Virus record (IMG/VR): IMGVR_UViG_3300024999_000030
Span: 248,001 to 312,000 of that record
Reading direction: 5' to 3' (one strand)
Length of the DNA stretch: 64,000 nt
In this document: one piece after another, positions 47,904 through 58,182 of the stretch
Layout of the letters: the number at the start of each line of letters is the position of its first letter
How positions within the stretch are numbered: the stretch's first letter is position 1
Made by a program: the position numbers and the translations under genes
Notes under the pieces: generated by a model
What the model saw: only the letters and a program-made list of their open reading frames with translations
Told to the model about the DNA's origin: nothing
Databases searched by the model: none

Positions 47904-48260
47904 ATGAGGACAACTAAGAAATATTTTATTGATAAGATTCTTCATGATCCGAGACAGCGCTTTTATATGAAGAGATCTGAATGTGCAATTATCTTAGAAA
48001 TTATAATGGAAGCAATTAAGGAATCAATTTTAAATCAACAGGTGGTAGAATTAAGAGGAATAGGTTCTATTGGTATTAAAGACGTTGGCCCAAAGAGTGT
48101 TTATGATTTTAAAGATAATAATACGTACACTAAGGAACATATATTGAAGTTAAAATTTTCAGCTTCGCCAGTAATTAAAGAGGAAATTAGAAAATTAAAT
48201 TCAGAATTAGATTCTGAGGATAAGATTAAAAGCGACTCAGGAGATGACAATGCAGTGTAA
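47904..48260 (+). CDS. HU/IHF-family DNA-binding protein
   Basis: IKESI...VELRGIGS...KFSAS-x2-IKE. Confidence 0.8.
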   Translation: MRTTKKYFIDKILHDPRQRFYMKRSECAIILEIIMEAIKESILNQQVVELRGIGSIGIKDVGPKSVYDFKDNNTYTKEHILKLKFSASPVIKEEIRKLNSELDSEDKIKSDSGDDNAV

Positions 48261-48849
48261 TAATTGTAAACATGATATTCCACTAAATATGGCCTTTGCT
48301 TATTCAAAGGGAGCCTGTCCATTTTGCGGTTCAGAATTTTTATCTGATTCAAAAGGATTAGCAATTCAACAGTTTTATAATAAACTATTTGAATGTTTTG
48401 GAACTAATCTGGAAATTGATAAAACTTTTACTATTCTTGGTTTTCTTTATAGTCCCGGCTCAGAAATAATTATAGAATCTTTAAAGAATTATGGTGACGC
48501 TTTTAATGAAATTAGCAAAGAAATATCTATTTCGTCAGCTTCCACAGTTGTTGATGTCCCGATAGCTGCCGATGAAGCCAAGGCTTCACCTCCAAATTCA
48601 TTTAAGCCCCCTAAGCCCCCAGTAAAGAAAGTCATTAGGCGCTCTGATTCTTCTGAAGATGATTCAAATATCCCATCGGCACCAATGTCTAATACTGGAA
48701 AAGATTATTCTATTCCAGAATCAGAAATTATAGATTTACCAGAACAATTACAGTCCTTAGCTCGTAATGTAAAAACTAAAGCTGATTATGATTTACTGAT
48801 GAAGATGGTGGCTGAAACAATGGTGCTGGGAGATCGTAGTGGCAATTGA
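48244..48849 (+). CDS. hypothetical zinc-finger protein
   Basis: CNNC...CPFCG, Pro/Ser-rich C-terminal half. Confidence 0.7.
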   Translation: MTMQCNNCKHDIPLNMAFAYSKGACPFCGSEFLSDSKGLAIQQFYNKLFECFGTNLEIDKTFTILGFLYSPGSEIIIESLKNYGDAFNEISKEISISSASTVVDVPIAADEAKASPPNSFKPPKPPVKKVIRRSDSSEDDSNIPSAPMSNTGKDYSIPESEIIDLPEQLQSLARNVKTKADYDLLMKMVAETMVLGDRSGN

Positions 48850-49339
48850 ATTTATTAAAGAAGTTTTATCAGCTATAGGTGGAATAAATGAAACTTCATT
48901 CCTAGATAAATACACATATATAGATGAGGTTATTAATCGTATTCCAATGTATAGTTGCATAGATCATAATGTGGCTAAGGAACTGGCGGCTATGTCATTA
49001 GCTGGGGCTAATATTTGTTCTGATTTAATTGGAGAGTTAACCCAAAGATATCAAATGTTAAATATTCTAATGAAAGAAGAGGAGGGAAAAGCTGGATTAT
49101 TGAGAAGTGGTAAGGGCACAGCTGCAGCACAAAAAATGTTTGCCCAAACAGATAAGGGTTTCATTGATGCGGTTACTAAAAAAGCAAACGCAGAAACAAT
49201 GTTAGAGGCATTAAAAAGAAAATATGATGTACTAATGGCTTTACATTATTTGAGTCGAGATATAGTAAAAAGTTTAGCCAAAGCTCCGTCATCGGAATCT
49301 TATGATGCGGCAAGCGAAGGTTCTTACGCAAGGCTATGA
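48839..49339 (+). CDS. hypothetical helical protein (possible recombination mediator)
   Basis: Helical 166-aa ORF beside SSB and RecA; function inferred from position only. Confidence 0.5.
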   Translation: MAIEFIKEVLSAIGGINETSFLDKYTYIDEVINRIPMYSCIDHNVAKELAAMSLAGANICSDLIGELTQRYQMLNILMKEEEGKAGLLRSGKGTAAAQKMFAQTDKGFIDAVTKKANAETMLEALKRKYDVLMALHYLSRDIVKSLAKAPSSESYDAASEGSYARL

Positions 49340-49364
49340 GCCTAAAATAAAAGGAGAAAACAAA

Positions 49365-50204
49365 ATGAGTAATATTTGGGATGAGTTTGAAAAATCTAGC
49401 ACTGGAGCCGCTAATGGTTCTCAGGGATCTGCCTCCGTAAAAGACAAGCGTATTGAGTTCAATAAGCCGTCTACTCAGGTTAGATTACTATCCAACAAAG
49501 AAGGTTTGAAACGTATGTTTCATTTCATTCGTGCCGCTGGAACAAAAGGGCGCTCTGTAGTTTGTTGTGGGGAGGGTTGTCCAGTGTGTGCAGTTGGCGA
49601 TATTCCACAACCTAAGTGGCTTATGGTTGCCCTAGAGAGGGAAACTCTACGAGTTGGAGTTGTTCAACTTACTAGGGGAATGATGAAGGGAATCTCGGCT
49701 CTCCGTAAATTGCAACCTTTTGGCCCAGACATGACGTCGTACGATCTTCTCGTTATTAAGAGCACTGAAAGAAATAAAGATGGAAAGGATCAGACGTCTT
49801 ATATGGTACATGGTCTACCACAGGGAACCGTTCCTCAGGTAGACGAAGCGACTCGTAACCGCGTAATTGCGGAAGCTAAAGAGCTAATGGACCACCTTGA
49901 TGATTTTGCTAAAATTTATTCTCCAGATCAAACGCTACGGTATCTTGGTTGGGCCACTCCAGGACAAACGGGACCCTCGACTAGTGTTCCCCAGCCATCT
50001 AAAGTCACCGTTGCCACTTCCACCTCGGCTCAGGTAACCCCTCCAACTTTTACACCAGCTACATCAGAAGCGTTCAGTGTTTCCAGCTTCCTATCTAAAC
50101 CAGAGCCGGAAGCAGATAATACCTTTAAAGTTGATCCTAAAATTGCCGAGGCTGCGCCATCTGTTGAGCCGGAAGATGAGGATACTCCGCAGTTTAAGCT
50201 ATGA
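49365..50204 (+). CDS. gp32-like single-stranded DNA-binding protein
   Basis: VRLL...HF...C-x4-CPVC, YDL-x-V-x-K, TSY; acidic tail EPEDEDTPQF; SD AAGGAG. Confidence 0.7.
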   Translation: MSNIWDEFEKSSTGAANGSQGSASVKDKRIEFNKPSTQVRLLSNKEGLKRMFHFIRAAGTKGRSVVCCGEGCPVCAVGDIPQPKWLMVALERETLRVGVVQLTRGMMKGISALRKLQPFGPDMTSYDLLVIKSTERNKDGKDQTSYMVHGLPQGTVPQVDEATRNRVIAEAKELMDHLDDFAKIYSPDQTLRYLGWATPGQTGPSTSVPQPSKVTVATSTSAQVTPPTFTPATSEAFSVSSFLSKPEPEADNTFKVDPKIAEAAPSVEPEDEDTPQFKL

Positions 50205-50731
50205 TTGTTTTAGCTTTAGATGTTTCATCTATTAGTACGGGTTGGGCCAACTTAGCCATATTAAAGGCAAAGAAAGCCAAAGCTCCATTGGCCAAGGTTA
50301 AAGGCTTCGGTTGTATTATGCCGAAGTCTTCCTTGTCCACTGAAAGACTTATTATGTTTGAAAGTCAATTGAAGAGTTTAATTTATGAAGTCAAACCAGA
50401 TATATGTGTTATCGAAGATCTAAATCATTTGAGAAATATGGATGTTGTTAAAGTCTTAGCTTCTTTTTTAGGTACAGCTAAAAAAGTGTGTTACGAATAT
50501 CATAAACAAGAACCCATTTTGATTAGAAGATCTCACGTTCTTAAGCAAACTGTTGGCAATGGGGATGCTTCCAAAGAAGAAGTAGTTAAATATATTGAAA
50601 AATTATTTAATCTTACCTTACCTGAAATTGGGAAGGAAGATATTGCCGATGCCATTGTTACTGGTTATTGTTATGTTATTGAAGCTGGAAAAATCCCAAC
50701 AACAGAAGGAGATGGTAATGGCAAAAATTAA
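50201..50731 (+). CDS. ruvC: RuvC-like Holliday junction resolvase
   Basis: LALDVS-x3-TGW, VIED, GNGDASKEEV, DIADA. Confidence 0.88.
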   Translation: MIVLALDVSSISTGWANLAILKAKKAKAPLAKVKGFGCIMPKSSLSTERLIMFESQLKSLIYEVKPDICVIEDLNHLRNMDVVKVLASFLGTAKKVCYEYHKQEPILIRRSHVLKQTVGNGDASKEEVVKYIEKLFNLTLPEIGKEDIADAIVTGYCYVIEAGKIPTTEGDGNGKN

Positions 50732-51857
50732 AGAGAAAGAGGACAATCCCTTTTCTGATACTAAACGCACTGGTATTCTTAAAAAGTTTTTCGAAGAAGC
50801 AGCATGGAATGAAGATAGAGATGCCAAAATTACGGTTGTTCCAACATCTTCATTTGCATTGAATTATATTTTAGGAGTGGGTGGCCTTCCTCTTGGCCGT
50901 ATTGTCCAACTTGCTGGAGCTGAATCTTCTGGGAAGACTACTCTCTGCATGGACCTCATGCGACATGCAGAGGATATGGGATACAGTTTTTTGTTTTTTG
51001 ACGTAGAACAAACATATAGTGCTGATCTTGCAAACAAAATTGGTATTAAGACTCCTCCCTCTGAGTATATGGTTAAGGAGTCTAGGGCCGCTGTTATTTG
51101 GTCTAAGCTGATTGGGCCACATAAGGGACTTAAAAAACAAGAAGGAATTTTATGTCCAGATAGTGAAATTGGAAATTATTTCTTAAAGGAAAAAAATCTT
51201 AAACTTATTTTTATAGACAGTTTAAATTCTTTAATCGTTCCTAGGGTCGAAAATTCAGATTTAGGCACTCAACAAGTTGGAGCATTATCTTCTTTCTTAT
51301 CTCAAAATCTTCCTTTGCTAGTGCCTAAGTTAGCCTTTGCTGGCGTTACCCTTGTTGGAATTCAACAGTTGCGCAGTAAGATTGGTGTAATGTATGGGGA
51401 CCCCACAACAACTTCTGGAGGTCGTGCCTGGAAACACGATGTATCTGTTTCAATTAACTTGACACCAAGTGAAGCTAAAGACAATAAAATCTTTGATGGC
51501 GAGGGTGCGGTTATAGGTACATCAGTTACCGCTTATATTTCTAAATCTAAAGTTTCTAGACCATATATGAAGGGCCATTATAAAGTAATTTTTGGCCAAG
51601 GGGTTGTTGAGCAAGAGCGTGAGGTTTTTGATATTGCACTTCGTCGTAGGGTAATAACTAAACCAAACACTCAAAGTTATGAATTTGAAGGAGCAACGTG
51701 GCGAGGAGAAAAAGCAATTCTGGAATCAATTGCAACAGATGAATCTTTGCGTAATAAAATTATTGCTAGTATTTATGCTCGCCGTTATGAAACTCTAGAT
51801 GGTGAATTTGATGTAGCTCCACCAGAGGGTATGATTTCAGATGATCAAGATGTTTAA
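50718..51857 (+). CDS. recA: RecA recombinase
   Basis: LGVGGLPLGRIV, GAESSGKTT, DVE, IDS, QLRSKIGVMYGDPTTTSGGRA, KSKV. Confidence 0.95.
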   Translation: MAKIKEKEDNPFSDTKRTGILKKFFEEAAWNEDRDAKITVVPTSSFALNYILGVGGLPLGRIVQLAGAESSGKTTLCMDLMRHAEDMGYSFLFFDVEQTYSADLANKIGIKTPPSEYMVKESRAAVIWSKLIGPHKGLKKQEGILCPDSEIGNYFLKEKNLKLIFIDSLNSLIVPRVENSDLGTQQVGALSSFLSQNLPLLVPKLAFAGVTLVGIQQLRSKIGVMYGDPTTTSGGRAWKHDVSVSINLTPSEAKDNKIFDGEGAVIGTSVTAYISKSKVSRPYMKGHYKVIFGQGVVEQEREVFDIALRRRVITKPNTQSYEFEGATWRGEKAILESIATDESLRNKIIASIYARRYETLDGEFDVAPPEGMISDDQDV

Positions 51858-51872
51858 ATCCAGGAGGATAAA

Positions 51873-52298
51873 ATGTTAACTACTTGTAATAAGTGCGGCT
51901 CACAAAAAGAAGTAAGGCTTAGAAAAAGTGACAATAAACCAGTGTGTATTGAATGTGGAGCAGAAGTGCCCCTCTCCAATATTATGATTGAAAATATGAA
52001 GAGGACTAACGATTATATTACCGCTTCAGATAATAAAGTACCATTTGGATGTAAGTGTGATAAGTGCGGAGCTATTGCTGAACTTATTTTTAACTCAACA
52101 ACTAATAAAGCTGAGTGTACCATTTGCCATAAGACCATGGACATTACACCGTTTATGATTAAAGCACTTCAGATTTCTGGTCATTATAATCCATCTAAAG
52201 ATTCAGTGGTTTCTCTCGAAGAGAAAGAAGAGGTTAAAAAGAATGTGCCTGGACCCAATAAGCAAACTCGTGGAGCTGTGTCACGCAAATCTAAGTAA
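51873..52298 (+). CDS. double zinc-ribbon protein
   Basis: Four CxxC pairs in two similar halves; overlaps the start of the primase gene. Confidence 0.75.
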   Translation: MLTTCNKCGSQKEVRLRKSDNKPVCIECGAEVPLSNIMIENMKRTNDYITASDNKVPFGCKCDKCGAIAELIFNSTTNKAECTICHKTMDITPFMIKALQISGHYNPSKDSVVSLEEKEEVKKNVPGPNKQTRGAVSRKSK

Positions 52299-53040
52299 CC
52301 TTCATAGAGATTATTTTATGAGACGTGGGTATAGTTCTGACGCTATGGATTCTTTTAGTGTCGGAACTTTTCCCTTAGATTTAATTGTTGCCTCATTAAA
52401 CTGTAATCAGTTAATTAATCTTAAGATTTTATACGCACCTAAGCCAGGTTCCACATTATATTATTCGGAGTTCAGGGATAGAATTATTATTCCAGTACAT
52501 GATGCATATGGTAAGGTAGTGGGTATTACTGGGAGATTGTTAACAGAGGATCCAAATAGAGGTAAATATTACAACAGCGATTACCCAAAGGTATCTACAT
52601 TATTTAATTTACATAGAGCTAAAAATGAAATTATAAAATCTGGATATGCCGTAGTAGTAGAGGGTAATTTAGATGTGGTGGCTATGTGGGATGCCGGAAT
52701 TAAAAATGTTGTGGCCTGTACTGGGGCATTTATTACTCCAAAGCAAGTTCGTAAGTTACTTAGGTATACCGATAAAGTTTTAGTGGCAACTGATAACGAT
52801 AATGCAGGTCACGCTTCTTATACTAAGTTTCTTAAAAATTCAGCGTATTATATTGAAAACAAATCGCTTAGCTCTATTAGAATTATTCCTCCATTCGGCT
52901 TAAAAGATCCAGATGATTTTATTAAAAAATATGGAGCTAACACATGTCGGGAGTGGGTTGCCGCAGGCGCCCGGCATCTCACATGCAACGATGGCAACGA
53001 TACTACTAGCTTCAAAGGAGTGTGGAATGTCTGTAAATAA
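52243..53040 (+). CDS. dnaG: DnaG primase catalytic/TOPRIM core lacking the zinc-binding domain
   Basis: FRDRIIIP, GR, KYYNS, VVEGNLDV, DNDNAG, KDPDD. Confidence 0.92.
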   Translation: MCLDPISKLVELCHANLSNLHRDYFMRRGYSSDAMDSFSVGTFPLDLIVASLNCNQLINLKILYAPKPGSTLYYSEFRDRIIIPVHDAYGKVVGITGRLLTEDPNRGKYYNSDYPKVSTLFNLHRAKNEIIKSGYAVVVEGNLDVVAMWDAGIKNVVACTGAFITPKQVRKLLRYTDKVLVATDNDNAGHASYTKFLKNSAYYIENKSLSSIRIIPPFGLKDPDDFIKKYGANTCREWVAAGARHLTCNDGNDTTSFKGVWNVCK

Positions 53041-53617
53041 AGGACGCAGTAAGCGTTATCAATATAAGTTTAGAGAAATACCAGTGGAATCTATGGATGT
53101 TTTTTCCGATAACATGGCCCTTCACAATGCAGAAAATATATCTAGTGCACAAAAACAAAAGCAAAAAGAAGGAATTCTAGGTGCTATTTTTGAAATAGCA
53201 GACGAACAATTAACACAAAGACAAAAAGATATTTTGTATTGTAGATATGTTTTGGGCTTAACTCAGGTTGAAATAGGTAAGCGACTCGGAATTACTCAGA
53301 GTTGTGTTTCCCTTCAAATTAATGGTATTCCTAATTATACTTATTCTAAGAAACATGGTGGAATTTTACCTAAGCTTAAGAAAATGTGTGTTGGAGAAGC
53401 GGCTGTTGCCTCTGGGTCGGCTACAACTGAAGAGACAGACGCCCTTCTTAAAACAATCAAGAGTAGAATTAAAAAAGCTCATCCCGAATATACAGAAATA
53501 GATTTAACTAGAAAGGCAGTAGAGAGCTTATCAAACATGGGGAAAATATCAGATTTATTTGAAATGTTAGTTAAAGATGACATTGAGTATGACGAAGAGG
53601 ATCTTTCTCACACATAA
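53027..53617 (+). CDS. sigma-70 region 4-type HTH protein
   Basis: LTQRQKDILYCRY-x2-GLTQVEIGKRLGITQSCVS; SD AAGGAG before ATG 53027. Confidence 0.8.
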   Translation: MSVNKGRSKRYQYKFREIPVESMDVFSDNMALHNAENISSAQKQKQKEGILGAIFEIADEQLTQRQKDILYCRYVLGLTQVEIGKRLGITQSCVSLQINGIPNYTYSKKHGGILPKLKKMCVGEAAVASGSATTEETDALLKTIKSRIKKAHPEYTEIDLTRKAVESLSNMGKISDLFEMLVKDDIEYDEEDLSHT

Positions 53618-53622
53618 TCTTC

Positions 53623-53651
53623 CTATTAATAATTAAGTATACCATTGGCGT
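53623..53651 (+). promoter_or_regulatory. candidate late/phage-sigma promoter motif CTATTAATAA-N13-TGGCGT
   Basis: Same as 33699; precedes the 53.7-64 kb gene block. Confidence 0.5.
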
Positions 53652-53678
53652 GAGCCATATTCTTTTGTGGAGGACACA

Positions 53679-54167
53679 ATGGGCTACTGGGAAGAGTTAG
53701 ATAAAATTGTAAAAAGAAGTACTGACAGGCAGGTAGAAGGGGGCCCTATTAATTTAAAGATTGGGTCTGAACTACCTGTCGATCAGTTTAATCTATATTT
53801 TGTTAAGACTGCTTTTGATCTTTGGCAGCTTGATCCAAACGTACAAATGGACGATGCATACTGGCGACTAGATAAGGATCGTGGTTGCTTTGTAAAGCTT
53901 TATGAGGGCCAAGCAGAATCACACGATCACCGCTGGAGTGTATATGCGGACAATGATAATGATAAGATTTCTGTAGCATACAAGGGTGATGCCATTGCCA
54001 CCATGGAGCTTAAGAGTTTTGGTTTCGGCGCGGGCATCGATTTAATTACTATTAAACGCAGTCTACTTAAATTATTAAGCACTAAAGAGGGACAGGATTC
54101 TGTTCTTAGTCTTGTAGCAGAAACTGAGCGTAAATTAATTACTCGCAAATATCCTGAGTTGTCATAA
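53679..54167 (+). CDS. hypothetical protein (putative virion/late)
   Basis: SD GGAGG; FVKTA motif. Confidence 0.75.
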   Translation: MGYWEELDKIVKRSTDRQVEGGPINLKIGSELPVDQFNLYFVKTAFDLWQLDPNVQMDDAYWRLDKDRGCFVKLYEGQAESHDHRWSVYADNDNDKISVAYKGDAIATMELKSFGFGAGIDLITIKRSLLKLLSTKEGQDSVLSLVAETERKLITRKYPELS

Positions 54168-54175
54168 GAGATGAT

Positions 54176-55006
54176 ATGAGATTAACCACAGCTGAAACTA
54201 AAGCAGATATTTTTTTATTCCCCAGACTACAGCTTATTGCTGCTAATTTAGAATTACAGGGATTATTACAAGATTTATTACAAGTGGCTTTAGATAATGA
54301 AGTGGAAGCTGAGGTAGAGGTTCCAGAAGAGGAAGCGGTTATGTCGGAAGAAAATACAATTCCCAATGAAAAAGCTCCCACTGAAACTAAATCTGAGACC
54401 TCTTCTGATTTATTAAACGTTCCCTCTTCTGAACCTTCGATTATGGAAAACAAGAGTGCCACCATTCAGGGTAAAATTAAAACAGCTGTTCAAATGGAAT
54501 CAGCTTCTAAAGCTGAAGCAACAGATGCTTTAGCCAATGTGATAGTAAAATTAGCTAATTTATCAAAACAAATTGTTAGAGTTGTAGACGGGGCATCTGA
54601 AATAACATCTACCTTGGGACTAGAAGACGATGAAGAGTTTTCAAATAAAATGTTAAAAATTCTTATATCTGGTCTTTCTTCAAAGGGAAATAATACAGCT
54701 GTAAAGAATTTTCTTAATCTTAAGGATGCTCCTAACTCTGTTCCATCAGATTTATATATTGTTATCGATGATGTAATTAAACAATATTTTGAAAAATCTG
54801 ATCATAAAAAAGAAATTACGGGCCCCATTAGACAAATATTACAAAATGGATCAGCCCGAGCCCCCTCTGCTAGAGCCCTACATCAGCATTGGTTTTTGGT
54901 GAAACTTCAATCTGAACTTAGGAAAGTTATTAAATGGACACCATCCACTACACCAACTGAGGTAGCTCCAGAGAAGAAACCAGAAGTACTTGAGGGCAAT
55001 ATATGA
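54176..55006 (+). CDS. hypothetical protein (putative virion/late)
   Basis: Acidic linker; ENKSA, IKTA, VKLA motifs. Confidence 0.75.
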   Translation: MRLTTAETKADIFLFPRLQLIAANLELQGLLQDLLQVALDNEVEAEVEVPEEEAVMSEENTIPNEKAPTETKSETSSDLLNVPSSEPSIMENKSATIQGKIKTAVQMESASKAEATDALANVIVKLANLSKQIVRVVDGASEITSTLGLEDDEEFSNKMLKILISGLSSKGNNTAVKNFLNLKDAPNSVPSDLYIVIDDVIKQYFEKSDHKKEITGPIRQILQNGSARAPSARALHQHWFLVKLQSELRKVIKWTPSTTPTEVAPEKKPEVLEGNI

Positions 55007-55944
55007 AATACGATAAATTAATTAAGTTGTCTTTTTTATCTAGAAAGCTAGAGTTATTAAAATTAGCGGAACCAATGCCCGCAGTGTCGGCTACCCCTCC
55101 ACCTAAAAAAAATCCACAACTAACAGTCAAATTAATGCAAGCATTTAGTATGTTAAGTAGTTTGGCCGCCGGTGAGGATTTGAAAATTATTGAGCAGGGT
55201 ATAGCTAAAAACCCCACTTTAAAAGAGTCGTGGGATAGAGTTAAAGGCATGCAATCTAAAATGTCGGGCAGACCAGAAATAATGAAAGATATAGAAGAGG
55301 CTAATCGCTTAGCTGTAATTTTTTGGCAAGCATTAAATAATCTTGAAACTTTATCTGAAAAAGATGTAACTGCTAGAACAAATAAAATTAAAGACTCCGT
55401 AGAGGCTTTAAAGAAAAGTGTTAATGAAATTTTAAAAAAATCTGATACTAATTCTGCTGACAACAATGCTACCCTATCAATTATGTCAATACCAGCAACC
55501 CGTAAAACGTTGCAAGATATGGCGAAGATTTTAAATGCTAGTGGGGCGTTGGAAGATACTAGAACTAATGTTCTTAATGTCGTAGCTAAACCAGAATCTA
55601 AAACGGCGTTGGCTAACATTGCCACTGGAATAACGGCCACTGATATATTATCAAAAATTGAATCAGTGGATAAGCCATTGGAAAGAAAACCGATAAGCAC
55701 TAGAGTTCCAAGCTCTCGTACAAGAACAGAGGCAGAACCAAGAGCAAAATATAAATTTAAAGGAAAGGCGGCAGCAGCCCTTAATAATATATCTAAATGG
55801 TTTGATAATTATGCAAATTTAATTGCATCTAGTATTAGATCTAGTCAAACAGATAAACTTGTAAGAAGTGGGCTTGCCTCTAAGATAGGAGAGAATCAAG
55901 TCGACGCAGTTAAAAAAGAAATCAAAAAATTAACTGGCAAATAA
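55003..55944 (+). CDS. hypothetical protein (putative virion/late)
   Basis: Leader ending LLKLA followed by a Pro-rich linker. Confidence 0.75.
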   Translation: MKYDKLIKLSFLSRKLELLKLAEPMPAVSATPPPKKNPQLTVKLMQAFSMLSSLAAGEDLKIIEQGIAKNPTLKESWDRVKGMQSKMSGRPEIMKDIEEANRLAVIFWQALNNLETLSEKDVTARTNKIKDSVEALKKSVNEILKKSDTNSADNNATLSIMSIPATRKTLQDMAKILNASGALEDTRTNVLNVVAKPESKTALANIATGITATDILSKIESVDKPLERKPISTRVPSSRTRTEAEPRAKYKFKGKAAAALNNISKWFDNYANLIASSIRSSQTDKLVRSGLASKIGENQVDAVKKEIKKLTGK

Positions 55945-55957
55945 AATGGAGGATTAC

Positions 55958-57088
55958 ATGAGTAACAATATTTTTAGATTAGCTAGTAAACTGGCGGCGG
56001 CGTATAAGGAAATTCCTTATTCTGTCTTGAATCGCTTTCTATTAGAAAAGACAGCACAGTTCCCGCAAGATAGAGTTCTACAACACGCTGGCGCAATTAT
56101 TGAACGTCGCACAGCCAGTCAGCCTTTTGGGGTTATTACTGTTAAAGATTTAGATACTTTAATTGGTGAGTTGGCATCGTTTGGAGATACAAATCATACA
56201 CGTAATCTTTTTAGTGTATATTTAACCGAAGGGCCAGCTAACGCCCCTGCTCGTGCTGGTGAGGTTTTTACTGATGACACAAGAGAGATGAAAAATTCCA
56301 ATAAAGAAGTAGAAGATATTGCTCCTGTTGCTGGAGTAGATCCAAAAGAAATTTTTTCTGAATATACAATATCTCGCAAATATGATGCCCAGACCATAGC
56401 TAAGGGAGCGGATGTTGTTATGAGATCTGTTCAGGCTTCCTTTGGAGCAGTTCCAACTTCTATTAAATTTGCCAAGGATACAGAAAAGGGTGTTTCTTAT
56501 TTTGTTAAAGTTACGGCCAAAGTGGGTAAAATGGAAATTGAGGTCCCTATCGAGAAAACAACTATGGGATTTCATAAACCTATTTCTTTTTTATGTAAGT
56601 CCGCAGCAGAAGAGGTTATAGAATATACTCTTAATGCCGATGGCGCCGAGAAGGCCACTAATATTATCGAGCAACAAGCCTCTTTTACTTTTGATGCTTC
56701 TTGGTTGAAAATGAATTTTGCTGAATTACGTAGTGAAATGTTGAAGTCTGCCATAAAGAAAGATTATAAACAAGCAGAAGAAGCTATTCGTCTTATTGGT
56801 TCTAAATTTCCTACTATGATGAAAGCTATTCTTGATGATTTTCAACATGTCTTAGTGGCTTTTCAAAAAGCCGAGAATACTCATTTTTGCAATAAGTGTT
56901 CCTTTTATCAGCCAGCTGGGGTTAAGTCAGCCAGTGTTGATAATTACTGTGCAAGGCTAAGAGCTTCCACTAAGCAAATTGTGAAGTCCGCTAATCCAGA
57001 AGAATGTGAAATGCTAGGAGCTTCTATGAAGCGCACTATCCCTGGGTTTGAGGGAACAATAAGCACAAGCAATATCAAGCTTACTTAA
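55958..57088 (+). CDS. hypothetical protein (putative virion/late) with a C-terminal Cys cluster
   Basis: SKLA, EKTA, CKSA, LKSA, VKSA x2; SD GGAGG before 55958. Confidence 0.8.
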   Translation: MSNNIFRLASKLAAAYKEIPYSVLNRFLLEKTAQFPQDRVLQHAGAIIERRTASQPFGVITVKDLDTLIGELASFGDTNHTRNLFSVYLTEGPANAPARAGEVFTDDTREMKNSNKEVEDIAPVAGVDPKEIFSEYTISRKYDAQTIAKGADVVMRSVQASFGAVPTSIKFAKDTEKGVSYFVKVTAKVGKMEIEVPIEKTTMGFHKPISFLCKSAAEEVIEYTLNADGAEKATNIIEQQASFTFDASWLKMNFAELRSEMLKSAIKKDYKQAEEAIRLIGSKFPTMMKAILDDFQHVLVAFQKAENTHFCNKCSFYQPAGVKSASVDNYCARLRASTKQIVKSANPEECEMLGASMKRTIPGFEGTISTSNIKLT

Positions 57089-57100
57089 GTGGGAGCCGTT

Positions 57101-57421
57101 ATGAATAGTAAATTAGTGGTTGCCACTTTTATAATGGCTAATGAAGTTCCAGCTCCAGGAGAACTGGAGCATGATATGATTTATGGTCCCACTTCGGTTC
57201 AAACCAGAAACTGTCCAGATATGCATGGGGTTCCTATGCAATATATAGGAGAGGGAACATATGTAAATCCTATAACTGGCCAGGTATATGATTTTAAAAA
57301 TGGTTTTAGATTAGGAGATGAAATAATATCGCCAGCCAGTATAGAGGAACAACATATAGTGGATAATCCTTTTACTAATGGTGTCCCACATGACGTATAT
57401 ACATTTAGGAGACAGATGTAA
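57101..57421 (+). CDS. hypothetical protein
   Basis: TRNCPDMHGV...NPITGQVYDF. Confidence 0.7.
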   Translation: MNSKLVVATFIMANEVPAPGELEHDMIYGPTSVQTRNCPDMHGVPMQYIGEGTYVNPITGQVYDFKNGFRLGDEIISPASIEEQHIVDNPFTNGVPHDVYTFRRQM

Positions 57422-58182
57422 TGCGAGGCGCAAGTGTTGCTAGACATCCCGACATAGATCATATAATAAGGTTAGTTAAAGCCGGTCAAGGTGCACGCAA
57501 CATTACGAGTATTATTAATCGTAAATATGTAGCGGCTCCTAGATATCAAGTCAATTGGATTACCGTAAATGATTTTATTAAAAATTACTTACATTTAGAT
57601 AAAAAACAAAGAGAAGTTCTCCGGGCCGAAGCTAAGGCAAATGGAATGGTGGTCTCTAGTGGTCAAATGAAAGAATTAGCCATTCAATCAACCCTGAATC
57701 AAAAGACTGATATATTAGATATACAAGAGATATTAGCTGAGCGTGAGTTAGATGTTAAAGAAGAACTAGAAAAACTTTACGGTACAGCTCTTTCTGAAAT
57801 AGATTCGATTAATGCTAAAGTTACTTCAATGGGAGATAGGGATTTTGTTGCTGGTAAGGCCACTTTAATAGCAGCTATTGATCAGGTGCGAAAAATTATT
57901 GCGGATGTTAGAACTGATCAGTTGGAAGCTAAGCTATCTAAACATAATGACAATAATCAGGTTGTCTTAAATTTTAATCAAGTTAATGCTCACGTAGATG
58001 CTATTAAGCAAGCAGTGGTAGAAACATTTAGGGAGCAAGGTATGTTACAACAATTGCCAGATTTTCTTAATAAATTATCTGGTAAACTATCTAAGTTGAG
58101 CGAAGTTAAGGTTACAACGGCAACGGGAGAAACGGTTACAATTCAACGACAGAGTTTATCCAATGGAGGGCACGATGAATAA
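57421..58182 (+). CDS. HTH + coiled-coil protein, possibly terminase small subunit-like
   Basis: N-terminal HP-x4-I-x2-L-x3-G helix-turn-helix-like region followed by helical hairpins; function tentative. Confidence 0.4.
   Translation: MRGASVARHPDIDHIIRLVKAGQGARNITSIINRKYVAAPRYQVNWITVNDFIKNYLHLDKKQREVLRAEAKANGMVVSSGQMKELAIQSTLNQKTDILDIQEILAERELDVKEELEKLYGTALSEIDSINAKVTSMGDRDFVAGKATLIAAIDQVRKIIADVRTDQLEAKLSKHNDNNQVVLNFNQVNAHVDAIKQAVVETFREQGMLQQLPDFLNKLSGKLSKLSEVKVTTATGETVTIQRQSLSNGGHDE

Noticed and set aside
54948-55700. 250-aa minus-strand ORF and the other antisense or nested ORFs in the track
   Set aside because: They lie entirely opposite or inside coupled + strand genes, show no recognisable motifs, and look like shadow ORFs.
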